Shown here: piece after piece, positions 10,401 to 19,450 of the stretch
How positions within the stretch are numbered: the stretch's first letter is position 1
Layout of the letters: each line of letters opens with the position of its first letter
IMG/VR virus record: IMGVR_UViG_3300025131_000006
DNA length: 64,000 nt
Source of the DNA: a virus
Strand: one strand, 5' to 3'
Position numbers and translations under genes: made by a program
Notes under the pieces: model-generated
Database searches by the model: none
What the model was told of the DNA's origin: nothing
Seen by the model: only the letters and a program-made list of their open reading frames with translations

Positions 10401-11079
10401 AGTGACGGGCGTTTCCGCCAAGTCGATTGTTCACGCTGCCTTGGATCGTAAAAACAACGTGCGAGAGGACATGGAAGCATTCTTTGAGGATGTTCAGAGA
10501 GAGCGAGAGGGAGACCACCACAGACCCGAAGGGTTTGACGATCCCGGAGAGTCTGTCGAGTTTCGACCGGGGAATTCGAACAGGTATGTTGGGATGGAGT
10601 TGAACGGTGTGCCGTTCACAAAGCCAGAGGAGCACGATTGGTCGTCTGTTCCTGATGCATCCATCGACGAGCCACCCATGCCGAAAAAGAGAGGGTATCG
10701 AGCGGCAGCGGGATTGGTGATGATGGAGGACGATGGCAGGGTGTGGTTGGTTGAGCCAACTAATCATTTTGCAGGGACAGAGAGAACGTTCCCGAAGGGA
10801 GGCCAAGAGCGTGGTCTGACATTGCAACAATCAGCTTTGAAAGAGGCGTACGAAGAGTCGGGCTTCAACGCGGAGATTGTTGGGTACTTGGGAGACTCGC
10901 AACGAACGCAATCAATGAGTCGGTACTATTTGGCTCGTCGTACGGGCGGGAATCCAGGCGCTGCTCATTGGGAGACACAGGCTGTTCACTTGGTGACACC
11001 AGAGGAAGCCCGCCGTACACTCAATGTGCGATCGGATCATACTATCTTAGGAAGCGCAGTGGGGTCGGATGATGAGTAA
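7417..11079 (+). CDS. large polyvalent protein: ADP-ribosyltransferase + HipA/PI3K-like kinase + Nudix hydrolase
   Basis: R-S-E ART motifs ISRG..VSSWT..TEREIL (~9070-9620); LLKP..GEVAG..GDHDAH..VDFG (~9720-10500); Nudix box PKGGQE..ALKEAYEESG (~10690-11050). Confidence 0.8.
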   Translation: MSSKLQKSLLANQVANMVGRRRSVGVLQEQTPQWGTPFAGSDENQPKGRFFGTDGWRQSHKITDEELRKASDDSGFGDPREAPGQQAQDNRSPEERLAGAKANIRSRGVSAVVGAAQRGKELGQKMATALMDTSGSGLASVATGALPGAVSSLAGTASRASQRKQADISDAATIRRLKPRHSSPQGAQADGSKPRHSSPQGAQADGSKPSGGFGLTVTRGEMPRESGLTIPSIPAVPDPNWGGGTSLEGMGSGFGVVSKSKKKSLDLLDECGFGLLCSYEYDVPFLIKSQQDDPSAPVPKVAGHFLTGAPNPYSGDEEHFHPRREHFDSMISHAAVGRRDEAESLARRHVADHSADFSPEQRDHSSQSHHRHAQKLRSEIGDYHPGEHGPIDPNDDQFKKWSLMHFHGTAAREHHDQAYHERRAKRIAGDAERRGEVLDNEGLLRRLEDEIHSLSHSATGNLHGAVGLLRDAMEHAGSLMTGRTDSAGADMLVRLRQSMGALAEHMGLKRKLPDDLDLLLHSDDKHWDRLVKEIKSSTPNTLGLPHRRGLNAINLLTEGQFAAVRDPRNYSSEHAAKPLRGLHLAGGSRYKPDASRGAYEDAHRVCVGLARRDYQGHISRGLRLPQDVIGAMAEGETVPLNAVSSWTDDHHIAWGFADRPARRDGSGRMTSEEADAIGPRVVLRIPEARWGTPISDLSTWKNTEREILSGGEATIRSVEKKDHATGEYYEIVLDHSKRPQVLEEFRDSPFSTRARVQHLRLDELPEDGRRLRVAGDKPGGAHKGAVVEHPDMPNRSFLLKPVRSAPKALGEVAGSQIAARILGEHAVPAKLISTQESHKKIRRLGYKGAPPVSVIQEMVKNGGALPKDKKGIVSLPSGIHTDLLASMVANWVIGDHDAHGAQYLMSPGGDSAVRVDFGQSYKHLHSDRLDTHYHPNAAYGESKPAPMLLLEAFRDGEVDLDFGHPKIEAAISRAERISDVELSEMIKDYAEAVSQVTGVSAKSIVHAALDRKNNVREDMEAFFEDVQREREGDHHRPEGFDDPGESVEFRPGNSNRYVGMELNGVPFTKPEEHDWSSVPDASIDEPPMPKKRGYRAAAGLVMMEDDGRVWLVEPTNHFAGTERTFPKGGQERGLTLQQSALKEAYEESGFNAEIVGYLGDSQRTQSMSRYYLARRTGGNPGAAHWETQAVHLVTPEEARRTLNVRSDHTILGSAVGSDDE
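7948..8043 (+). repeat. 45-bp in-frame tandem duplication (KPRHSSPQGAQADGS x2)
   Basis: Two exact 45-nt copies plus a partial third. Confidence 0.95.
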
Positions 11080-11602
11080 CGATTGGAAGAAAGAGTTTGC
11101 CTCGGCCTTAGAGGCCCCCATGCGCTCTGACGAAGACCGTGCTGAAGTTGATGTCCACCACGACGCCCATGACGAGCAGCACTTGGAGACCGGCCTACAG
11201 GAGGCTATTTCTGAGGTTGAAAAGGCTCTTGAGCAGGAAGGGTCACGGGAGATCCAAGAGGCTGTGGACTTTTGCAAGGCTGCCCGCGATGAATTCTGGG
11301 ATGTGGTGAAGCAGCGACAATCGCAGCATGACAACAAGCATCGCACTATTCGACAGCAGCACGAAGAGACGCGACAGCGGCAAGATCAAGAGTTTCGCCA
11401 GGTCAGCGAGCGTTACCAACGCATTCCTCAACGCATCGCACCGAAACAGACACCTCGCAAAACAGACGGTGGGATGCGAGTGATGCGACGAGACCACAAG
11501 ATGCCAGGGAGGCTTTCCCAAGAGCAGGAAGGTCTTGGGGAACGCCGTGTTATGCTAGGTCGTATGTTGGGTAAGTCCGACTCGGATGGTGGCAAAAACT
11601 GA
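11069..11602 (+). CDS. hypothetical coiled-coil protein
   Basis: Overlaps upstream stop; 177 aa. Confidence 0.6.
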   Translation: MMSNDWKKEFASALEAPMRSDEDRAEVDVHHDAHDEQHLETGLQEAISEVEKALEQEGSREIQEAVDFCKAARDEFWDVVKQRQSQHDNKHRTIRQQHEETRQRQDQEFRQVSERYQRIPQRIAPKQTPRKTDGGMRVMRRDHKMPGRLSQEQEGLGERRVMLGRMLGKSDSDGGKN

Positions 11603-11657
11603 AAGTCGGGTGTATAGTGAGCGTGGGGTTCCGATCATCTGTGGATAGGAGTTTGAT

Positions 11658-12698
11658 ATGTTTGGGTTTGCTGGCGTTGGTCGTCGTTCAAGAGAGTATT
11701 CTTGCTCTCCGTTTTATGCACGTGCTTTGCGCTTGGATGCAGAAACGGCCTCTTTGGTAGCGGATTCTCCTGATTATTTGTCTCCGTTCCCAGAGAGGTT
11801 GTCTCCCAAGGAAAGGAAAGAGCGAGAGGAACATGTCAGGAATCAGTCGAAGCTGGAAAGAAAGTGGAAGGAGTTGGAGGCTGAGTACTTGCGTTGGCAG
11901 GCTGACGAGGTAGCGGAGAACGACCCCATGCAAAAAGGTTTTGGTGTCCTGTATAAAGCAGGTGAAGAGGGAGAAGGCGGAAGAGCGTCTGTTGCAGATC
12001 TGCGTCCACCTTCTGTTGCGGCCAACCCCAAGCCCTCTCATCCTCAGTATACGGACTATAGTTCGGCGAGAGTGACGGAGACAGGCCACGATCATCCGGA
12101 TATTCAACGCCTCGATAAGAATCGCCCCCCTGTGTACACCATATTTCCTCACCAGGAAGGGTACGATCGGAATGAGGCGTCAAGGTCTTATGCGACACGG
12201 CGAGAGTATGACACGAGAAGACAGCAGGAGAATATTCGCCAAGCACACAGCAGGTGGGAGCAGCAGCGGGTGAGACCACCGTCGCGTGGTCCGAATTACT
12301 CGGAAAGAATGGTACACAAAGAAAAGATGGATGCTTGGCACCAGCGAGAGGGGGCACGTTACCAACAATCTATGGACGATGCTCTTTCACAAATGGATGA
12401 GAGAATGAGTGGCGGGGGGGCTGAAGATTATCGCGATCAGCGATCTTGGTGGGGTCGCCTGAAAGATGGAATCCGAGGAGTGAACGATTCATTCAAGGGT
12501 GTGGATTCGGGTTTCGGTGTGGTGGCCAAGGGAAAGGATAAGCCAACAGACTCTTATCGCAATGCGCAGGGCACCCGTCGCCGAGGTGAAGCCGATGTGC
12601 CATATCCGGGATCGGAGTACAAGGCGGTTGACGAAGAGGAGTCCAGTTTGAAGAAAACGTGTGGTTTCGGGGTTTCAAAGAACGGAGATGACTCATGA
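11658..12698 (+). CDS. putative internal head protein with three GFG-V motifs
   Basis: KGFGVLYKA, SGFGVVAKG, CGFGVSKN; AGGAG SD. Confidence 0.6.
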   Translation: MFGFAGVGRRSREYSCSPFYARALRLDAETASLVADSPDYLSPFPERLSPKERKEREEHVRNQSKLERKWKELEAEYLRWQADEVAENDPMQKGFGVLYKAGEEGEGGRASVADLRPPSVAANPKPSHPQYTDYSSARVTETGHDHPDIQRLDKNRPPVYTIFPHQEGYDRNEASRSYATRREYDTRRQQENIRQAHSRWEQQRVRPPSRGPNYSERMVHKEKMDAWHQREGARYQQSMDDALSQMDERMSGGGAEDYRDQRSWWGRLKDGIRGVNDSFKGVDSGFGVVAKGKDKPTDSYRNAQGTRRRGEADVPYPGSEYKAVDEEESSLKKTCGFGVSKNGDDS

Positions 12699-13261
12699 TC
12701 AGTATCGGCACGGGAAGTATCAGCAAGGCTCGTCGTCAAGCTCAATTGAGGGGTCGATCTCACGTTCGCAGTCAGTCGCGGGATAATTCTCCGCAGGGCG
12801 TGTTGGGAACAGAGGGTCCGCTACGACAGGGCGACACGGACTACCAGGCCCCGGAAGATCTGTCAAAGATCCCGATGAAGATCCGACATCGTCACCGGGG
12901 AACGACATGGCCGGTCAAGCCGTGGCAGATGGATCGGAGAGAGATGCCGGAGAGCAGGAATATTGCCAGTCGCATTTGGCGCCGGTTCCCGGATGGAGAG
13001 TTGGCGTACGACGACAATATGGGAATATTGGAGCGTGCGGTGCAAAAGTGGAACGATTCTTCCCAAGTTCCATTGAGCGAGTACGAAAAGTTGGCGTTGT
13101 GTGCGGTTTTTCCTGAGTTGTCTGTCTCGGATGTGGAGAAAGACCAGGTGCGTCGCCACGCTTTCTTGACGGCACAGGAGCGAGGAGAGTTAAAGCGTCG
13201 CGTCCGCGAGTTGCCGCATGAGGTAGGAACCAAATTGGGCTTCGAGCCCAAAGCTTCCTAG
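12695..13261 (+). CDS. hypothetical protein
   Basis: ATGA overlap, GGAG SD. Confidence 0.6.
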   Translation: MISIGTGSISKARRQAQLRGRSHVRSQSRDNSPQGVLGTEGPLRQGDTDYQAPEDLSKIPMKIRHRHRGTTWPVKPWQMDRREMPESRNIASRIWRRFPDGELAYDDNMGILERAVQKWNDSSQVPLSEYEKLALCAVFPELSVSDVEKDQVRRHAFLTAQERGELKRRVRELPHEVGTKLGFEPKAS

Positions 13262-13266
13262 TTCGA

Positions 13267-13281
13267 GTTCAGTTACTAAAC
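13267..13281. repeat. 15-bp palindrome site 5
   Basis: GTTCAGTTACTAAAC, intergenic. Confidence 0.9.
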
Positions 13282-13299
13282 GTTTTTGGGGGAATTGTT

Positions 13300-13767
13300 G
13301 TGCCGGGCAGCGAATCTGTAGACAAGAAAACAGAAGCCTCTTTCTCTGACGAGTTGGGGTTTATTGACAATGCTCATGAGATCTTGGCCGAGTGGCGAGG
13401 CAAGGATCGAGGTGTCGTTACGTTCCCAATGTTGGACAATGTTGCATTGTGCAACTTGGTGGTGGCGTGGGCACAGGCCACAGTTGTGTGGATGCCGATG
13501 CCAGAGGAAGACCCATGTTTGTTACCGGAAGACCAACAATGGGAGTGGATGTGGGAGTGGAGTTCACACAAGACATATGAGTTGTCTCTGCTGTCAGGGT
13601 TGACGCCCGCCGAGGTCGCGCTTCAGTTCGCTCGCGCGAAGGGTCTCCGGTTGATTTTTCCAGACGGGAGCATTTGCCCGTCAGCAGAAGATGTGGTCGA
13701 GCGGATGATCCGGCAGCGGATGCATGGATCGGAGTTAAAGAAACCAAGCGGTGGGTTTTCAGCGTGA
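13300..13767 (+). CDS. hypothetical protein
   Basis: 155-aa ORF in operon direction. Confidence 0.55.
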   Translation: MPGSESVDKKTEASFSDELGFIDNAHEILAEWRGKDRGVVTFPMLDNVALCNLVVAWAQATVVWMPMPEEDPCLLPEDQQWEWMWEWSSHKTYELSLLSGLTPAEVALQFARAKGLRLIFPDGSICPSAEDVVERMIRQRMHGSELKKPSGGFSA

Positions 13768-13796
13768 GTCGTCTTCAGGTTCAGGAGAAAGGCAAT

Positions 13797-14234
13797 ATGG
13801 TGTGGCAAGTTGGGAAAGACAAGGCAACGGATTGGTGGTCGCGTCGTTCTGGTTGGGCCAGAGGGTTCATGATTACAACGGGTGTTTTGCTGTTGGTCTT
13901 GCTCGTTGCGGGGTCAGTCGCCGCATATACGATCTCAAAGAGGAACCGTGTGATTCGAGACCAGGCTCGCGTGATGGAGAGGCAGCAGGCAAAAATTGCT
14001 GTGTTGGAGTTGGAGAACAAAAAGAAAGACGAGCAGATCAAGATCAATAAGGCTCGCCAAGGAGACACACAGGCAGCGGCCAAGATCAAGGAGAGCCGAA
14101 AGCGTCTCAAGAGCTTGGGTGGGAAGCTGGACAAGGCTCGCTTGGTGTACAAGAAGCGTCTCAAGGACTCGAAGGGGATGAGCGCGGCAGATCAGGTTAA
14201 ACGCTCAAAGAGCTTGTTACAAGATTGGCTATAG
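13797..14234 (+). CDS. membrane-anchored coiled-coil protein (i-spanin-like)
   Basis: One N-terminal TM segment then basic coiled coil; AGGAG SD. Confidence 0.45.
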   Translation: MVWQVGKDKATDWWSRRSGWARGFMITTGVLLLVLLVAGSVAAYTISKRNRVIRDQARVMERQQAKIAVLELENKKKDEQIKINKARQGDTQAAAKIKESRKRLKSLGGKLDKARLVYKKRLKDSKGMSAADQVKRSKSLLQDWL

Positions 14235-14243
14235 GAGCAGGCG

Positions 14244-14810
14244 ATGCAGTTCATATTCTTAGCAGTGACCGTGATGTTTTCGGGTGGGCCGCGAGTGGTT
14301 CCTTGCTCCAATAGCAAAGAAGCCAAGTGTATAGAGTACGATAACGAGACCCACAAAGCGGTAGTTCGAGGGCTGGAGTCGGCGAAGGCGTTCCGCGATC
14401 AGGTTCGTCTCTACCAAGGGAAGGTCAAGGAGTTGGAGTCGGTCGATCGTTTGTGGAAGAAACGATCGTTGTTCTGGAAGCAAGAGAGGGCTTCCATGAA
14501 GCGCATCCAGGAGTATACAGCGGAGCAGAACAAGGTTTACGCCAAGCGGGTGTCCAAACTGGAGTCCGACAATAAGAAATTGCGTGACAGTATGAACTCG
14601 GTCTGGCGCCACCCGGCTCTGTGGGCGAGTATTGGTTTGGTCGTTGGTGTTATTGTGGCGGTTGTTGTGATTCAGACCATCAGGCCCATTGGGGGTTCTA
14701 GTAATACGGTGAGCCTGCGACCATCTCTTTGGAGGCCAACGGTCAGGTTTCTTCCCAAGCAGGTGCAGCATAGTCCGAGTCAAACAATGCTGTTGTACCG
14801 AGTAAAATAG
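14244..14810 (+). CDS. exported coiled-coil protein with C-terminal TM segment (possibly lysis-related)
   Basis: Hydrophobic N-terminus, coiled coil, TM ALWASIGLVVGVIVAVVVI. Confidence 0.45.
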   Translation: MQFIFLAVTVMFSGGPRVVPCSNSKEAKCIEYDNETHKAVVRGLESAKAFRDQVRLYQGKVKELESVDRLWKKRSLFWKQERASMKRIQEYTAEQNKVYAKRVSKLESDNKKLRDSMNSVWRHPALWASIGLVVGVIVAVVVIQTIRPIGGSSNTVSLRPSLWRPTVRFLPKQVQHSPSQTMLLYRVK

Positions 14811-14824
14811 TTCAGTGACTGAAC
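14810..14824. repeat. 15-bp palindrome site 6
   Basis: GTTCAGTGACTGAAC, at stop codon. Confidence 0.9.
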
Positions 14825-14831
14825 TCAACCC

Positions 14832-14860
14832 AAAGGCGTCGGATTGACGCCTTTTTTGTT
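14832..14860 (+). terminator. intrinsic terminator
   Basis: AAAGGCGTC-GGATT-GACGCCTTT followed by T run. Confidence 0.75.
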
Positions 14861-14920
14861 TTATGTCATGGTGAGACCGAAGAAAACGGACGGGCAGACA
14901 ATCAGAAGTAGAGGTAAGAA

Positions 14921-17900
14921 ATGGCCGCCCAGGACAAAACAGATGTGACGGGAGTGATCTTCATTGAATTCCGGGGCGACAAGGCAACGGTCAAGAAGAT
15001 GGAAGGTCATCTCCCACCGGGTACACAGCAGCATGTACAAGAACTGATGGGGTGGTTGGGAAGCCAAAGGTCTGACTCGGAGCCACGCGGGAACGTAACG
15101 GATGATCCGGGAGATGGTCGATCTTCTAATGAATTGGGAGAGACGGAGGCGCCTACGCAAATCATCTCTCAACCGGATGCACAGTCGCGTCCAGGCGTCC
15201 TTCACGAGGACGCAGGTGGTGCCTCAAATCCCCCGACTCCTACGGTTCGCAACTTCCCCCCGCACATGCACGGACATCCAGGGGCATCCGATACAGATTC
15301 GTCTTTGACGAGTGGTCCTCATGCCGGGTACATGAAGATGGATCAAGGCGGCCACGTCGATCCGGACGCTGGTTTGGAGCATCCAATCTCTGAGGATTTG
15401 GACTTAGAGGGAGATGACAGCGGCGTGGGAGATCCGGAGAACGAGGGAGAACTCTCTGATGTTCCTGTGGGCGGAGAAGATGGTCGCATTCATCCAGAGC
15501 ATCGAACAGACCCGGAGGAAGATCCAACGTCTCACGTTGATCCTCAACTCCAGGCTGCACTAGAGGAGTTGGATGAAAAAGCTCGTGCATTGAAAGAGGA
15601 AGCTCACGAGGCAGCCAGTCGTCATGACCACGAGAGAATTCACGAAATCCACGAAGAGTATCGCAAGCTGAAAGCAGAATTCATGGAGTTGGCGAAGCAG
15701 TCGGGTGAGGAGGAAGATCCCGACGAGCGTGTTCGACCGGAGCATTTTGGAGAGGGGGAGCCTCCGGGCGGCATGCCTCCAGAGGAAGAGCCACCGGAGA
15801 ATGAAGAGTTGGGAAAGCCGTCGGCGGGGCTGCCAAGAAACAGCATCCCCGCCAGAAGCGTCGAAAAAAGCGGAAACGAAAGAAGCACAAAAAGTGACCT
15901 GGACGGGTGGCGTTGGTGGCTCCTCGATGTAGAGAAGTCTGCTCGGTTCGGGAGCACTCCGGTTCGTCATTCAGCGAAGCACCACTCTGATCACAGTGGG
16001 GGTCCGAGAGCAGGACACAAGTACATCCGCCGATGGTATGATCTGAAGAGTCACCGTTGGCGCTATGAGTACACTGACGAGAAGGAAGAGCGGCATGGAG
16101 CGGGGAAGGAGGCGATCCATGCGGCGGCTCATGGTATTCCTCATACGATTGAGAGTCATCCGGGGATAGCCTCCGGCGAGGTGACGACACCGCTGCGCAA
16201 GAAAAAGAAGATTAAAGACGCGGCTCATGCATACCGGGTAACCATTCAGGCTTGGAATGATGGCATTTGGGGTTTAAAGAAAGATCCGTCGCGCGTGACA
16301 TGGGTGGATACAGACCAACACGGACACCATCATGTGATGCGACAGCATCACAATAAAACGTATGAAGTCATGCATCATCCGGCAGGATCTCAGGCTCCAG
16401 AGGACTCTCACGCCATGGAGATGGGAGACAACCATCGACAGACATTGCGTGGGTACGTGGAACATCATCATCTCCACGCTGACGAGAAGGTGGAGTCGCA
16501 AAGAGATTCGGATGGGAAGCCGTGGCTGTCTTTGCGTCCGGACACGAGAAAGCGTGCTGGAAAAAGTGCGGACGGTTGGACTATTCACGAATCCAAGAGG
16601 AATGCGAAAGATTTCCATGGCGGGGGATGGGACGGCGTATTCTTGCAGTCGAGAGAGCAGGCGGACAGGGTTGTCGCGTTCATGGTTGCCTTCGAGGAAG
16701 CTCATAACAAAGGAGAATCGGGTCCGGTCTTTCAAGATCTGGGGAAGGATGACTCTGAACATGGGCCAATGACCTTGCCAGGGAAGTTGGAACGTGGGGC
16801 ACTTCACTATGAGGCTGAGTTTGGAACGGACACGATTCGAGTCAGTGGATCTCACGGCGGAGACGTGGTCTCGGCCAAGGTTTTGCGCTTGCGTCCCAAA
16901 GTGTCAGACGAAGAGTTGGGCGCTTACTTGGATAGCGAAGAGTTCAAGAGCATCGTGGGGGCCGCTATCGGTCGCGCGGGGTTGGCGAATGTTGTGCGAC
17001 ACAACGGCTCCAAACTGACGCCTCATCAGCGAAAGCACTTGGAGTCTGTGGCACGCAGTAAGGCAATAGAGCTGATGTCCATGGAGTATGTGGAGCGGAA
17101 GTCGGCGGTGTGGCCGCGTGGATTCGTGCCAGGCTCCGGATGGTGGAATGGGTATTTGGCGAATCATTTGGCGAATACCGGGAATGGTGGCGGTGCTTTC
17201 TTGGAGGAGTTGACCTCGACGGCAACCACCAAAGACGTAGATGGCGTCGCACAGGCTCCGTCGGGCTCTGCCGATGCCGCATTGGCATCAGAGTTTCACG
17301 GGATGGACGATGTCCTTGACACGTTGCGTGATATTCACGGCATCCAAGATAACGAGACCCTGATCGATAAATTGATGTCTGACTTTGGGGAAGCCTTTGA
17401 CTCCAAACAAGAAATGATGGATTTCTTGAAGGAGCAACTTTTGGCGAAGAAAGCAATGAGTCAGTTGGGTCGCTTGTCCGAGTTGGTCAAGTCTCTGGAG
17501 GAGGCCGCGAGCCAAGGGGTTATCGAGAGAGATGATCTGGAAGATGACTCGGTCTATCAGAAGGCGGTGTCGTTCTTGGTGCGTGCACAGCACGCACGCA
17601 TCCTGTCTCGTGTGGTTGATAACGTGGCCCAAGATCTGTGGGAGCACGACTTCCTGTCGAGCGTCGCGAAGTCGGTGGCGACTCATGATCGAGATGTGTT
17701 GTTGGATCGCGTCGCCGAGCACGGGAGGGTTTACGCTCAAGAGTTCGGGTGCTCTGATGGGGAGGCTCGCGAGCACATGCTGTCATCGTTCTCCCGCTTC
17801 CGCAGTAACCATCTATTTAAAGGGTGTTGTCAGATGGTGATGGCGGCAGAGTGGGGCGGCGAGGAATCAATTGCCTTGGTGGCATTGGGTCGAGATTCGA

Positions 17901-17953
17901 TCACAAGGGGTCTGTTGGAGCTAGGAAGTTCAGCCACTGAACCTTCGGCTTGA
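14921..17953 (+). CDS. large putative head-associated protein with HKYIRR module
   Basis: 1010 aa; acidic N-terminal third, K|S sites (VEKS, TKS, LVKS, VAKS), AGHKYIRRWY..WRYEY. Confidence 0.65.
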   Translation: MAAQDKTDVTGVIFIEFRGDKATVKKMEGHLPPGTQQHVQELMGWLGSQRSDSEPRGNVTDDPGDGRSSNELGETEAPTQIISQPDAQSRPGVLHEDAGGASNPPTPTVRNFPPHMHGHPGASDTDSSLTSGPHAGYMKMDQGGHVDPDAGLEHPISEDLDLEGDDSGVGDPENEGELSDVPVGGEDGRIHPEHRTDPEEDPTSHVDPQLQAALEELDEKARALKEEAHEAASRHDHERIHEIHEEYRKLKAEFMELAKQSGEEEDPDERVRPEHFGEGEPPGGMPPEEEPPENEELGKPSAGLPRNSIPARSVEKSGNERSTKSDLDGWRWWLLDVEKSARFGSTPVRHSAKHHSDHSGGPRAGHKYIRRWYDLKSHRWRYEYTDEKEERHGAGKEAIHAAAHGIPHTIESHPGIASGEVTTPLRKKKKIKDAAHAYRVTIQAWNDGIWGLKKDPSRVTWVDTDQHGHHHVMRQHHNKTYEVMHHPAGSQAPEDSHAMEMGDNHRQTLRGYVEHHHLHADEKVESQRDSDGKPWLSLRPDTRKRAGKSADGWTIHESKRNAKDFHGGGWDGVFLQSREQADRVVAFMVAFEEAHNKGESGPVFQDLGKDDSEHGPMTLPGKLERGALHYEAEFGTDTIRVSGSHGGDVVSAKVLRLRPKVSDEELGAYLDSEEFKSIVGAAIGRAGLANVVRHNGSKLTPHQRKHLESVARSKAIELMSMEYVERKSAVWPRGFVPGSGWWNGYLANHLANTGNGGGAFLEELTSTATTKDVDGVAQAPSGSADAALASEFHGMDDVLDTLRDIHGIQDNETLIDKLMSDFGEAFDSKQEMMDFLKEQLLAKKAMSQLGRLSELVKSLEEAASQGVIERDDLEDDSVYQKAVSFLVRAQHARILSRVVDNVAQDLWEHDFLSSVAKSVATHDRDVLLDRVAEHGRVYAQEFGCSDGEAREHMLSSFSRFRSNHLFKGCCQMVMAAEWGGEESIALVALGRDSITRGLLELGSSATEPSA
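17928..17942. repeat. 15-bp palindrome site 7
   Basis: GTTCAGCCACTGAAC, in CDS (SSATEP). Confidence 0.85.
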
Positions 17954-18315
17954 GGTGCGTTGTGTTTCAAGATATAAAGTGCCAAAGTCGCCAATGTCGT
18001 AATAAAATTTTGCGCTTAAGTGGAGATGGTCATCTCCGTTTCAGTATAAAGGCTTTGATCGCAAAAGGGGAGAACGCGCAGTTGACAGCGGTTTGTAGGG
18101 ATTGCGGGGAGGAAAATGTTCTTCCGTATGCGTTATCTCCTGTTGCCCCCGTGAGTTCAGACGACAAAGAGACGGTCCAGAAGTCGAAGCCGAGGCGTGT
18201 CGCGTGCGAGGTGACCAAGGGGGGGTCGTCTGATCAAGGAGGGTTCTTGGTCATTCGAAAGTCGGTCACGAAGCCTGTTCCTTTTGTGCCTCCTGAAGAG
18301 AAAGGGGTTGACTAA
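17950..18315 (+). CDS. zinc-ribbon protein
   Basis: CQSRQC...CRDC; GGFLVIRKS motif variant; precedes prohead protease. Confidence 0.6.
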   Translation: MRCVVFQDIKCQSRQCRNKILRLSGDGHLRFSIKALIAKGENAQLTAVCRDCGEENVLPYALSPVAPVSSDDKETVQKSKPRRVACEVTKGGSSDQGGFLVIRKSVTKPVPFVPPEEKGVD

Positions 18316-18430
18316 ACAAGTCTAGATGCCTTATAGCTAAGTATAGCCAATTTGGGATGGCGCCGAACAAGACCGCTTGAACGGTTGGCACAACCCAGTA
18401 CACAACTGAATGAAATTGTTTACTCCTACG

Positions 18431-18461
18431 GGGAGGCCGCCCAGCCTCCCCGTTTTTTTTT
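18431..18461 (+). terminator. intrinsic terminator/attenuator before protease gene
   Basis: GGGAGGC-CGCCCA-GCCTCCC followed by T run. Confidence 0.65.
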
Positions 18462-18481
18462 GCCCAACAGGTGTCGAGTCA

Positions 18482-19405
18482 ATGAGAATTCTGAATCCAT
18501 GGTCGCTACTGAGCAAAGCTGTCCCAGACAGCCGCGTTCGCGACTTTCGGTTTGGAATGGACTTGGAGACGATCAAGTCTCAGTCCCAACAAGGACGCCG
18601 GGGTGTTCGAGGAGTGGGGTCTACGGAGAAGTTGGACATACAAAAAGAGTCCGTGCTTCAGCGCGGCATGGACTTGCGGTATTTTCTTCGACACGGATAT
18701 TATAACGACGACCACAAGCCAGGCGCTGCCAATAAGGTTGGGCAGCCGACCGTTGCCGAGATTCGCAAAGCAAAGAATCGAGACGGCAAGGAAGTTTTGG
18801 CGTTGTGGACCGAGGGGTATTTGTGGAAAGCGGGCCTGCACGAGGGCGCCGATCGTTTGTGGGAGTTGACTAGAGCAATGGAGGAGAGCCAAGCAACGCG
18901 CCGTATGGGCTTTTCAATCCAGGGAAAGGTGCTAGAGCGATCGGGGAACAAGATCGTTCGAGCTTGGGTCCAAGATATTGCGATCACTCCCAGCCCTATT
19001 AACACAGACACATGGTTGGAGTTGACAGACGAACTCTCCAAGTCTGTGTGGGTTTCAGACTCTGAGTTGTTGGACATTCATCAATCATTGACGGCTCATG
19101 GATTTATGGATTCTGAGCTTGTCGATTCCGAAGATTGGATTGAGGTAGACGATGTGGTGAAGAGCCTGTCTGCCGCAAGTGCAGTCTCTGCCGGTTTAGG
19201 TACGGAGTCATTGGAGTCCAATTTGAAAGTCTTGCCAGAGCACGGCTCTGGTGTTGAGAAGTGTGAGGGGAGCAGAGATCCCTCGAAATCCGAGATGCTT
19301 AAGGCTTTGGCTTGGGTGTACGAAGAGGCACGAAATCGAGGACACAGTCCCGCGATGTCTCGGAGTATGGCTTTGGCCACATGGGCTCGCATCTCATTGT
19401 CTTAG
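18482..19405 (+). CDS. prohead (capsid maturation) protease
   Basis: GYYNDDH, VGQP, LWTEGYL, MGFSIQG, IAITPSPINTDTW motifs; upstream of scaffold and MCP. Confidence 0.85.
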   Translation: MRILNPWSLLSKAVPDSRVRDFRFGMDLETIKSQSQQGRRGVRGVGSTEKLDIQKESVLQRGMDLRYFLRHGYYNDDHKPGAANKVGQPTVAEIRKAKNRDGKEVLALWTEGYLWKAGLHEGADRLWELTRAMEESQATRRMGFSIQGKVLERSGNKIVRAWVQDIAITPSPINTDTWLELTDELSKSVWVSDSELLDIHQSLTAHGFMDSELVDSEDWIEVDDVVKSLSAASAVSAGLGTESLESNLKVLPEHGSGVEKCEGSRDPSKSEMLKALAWVYEEARNRGHSPAMSRSMALATWARISLS

Positions 19406-19450
19406 TCGTGTCAATGAGTCACGACGCAGTTTGAACCAGGAGTATGGACG

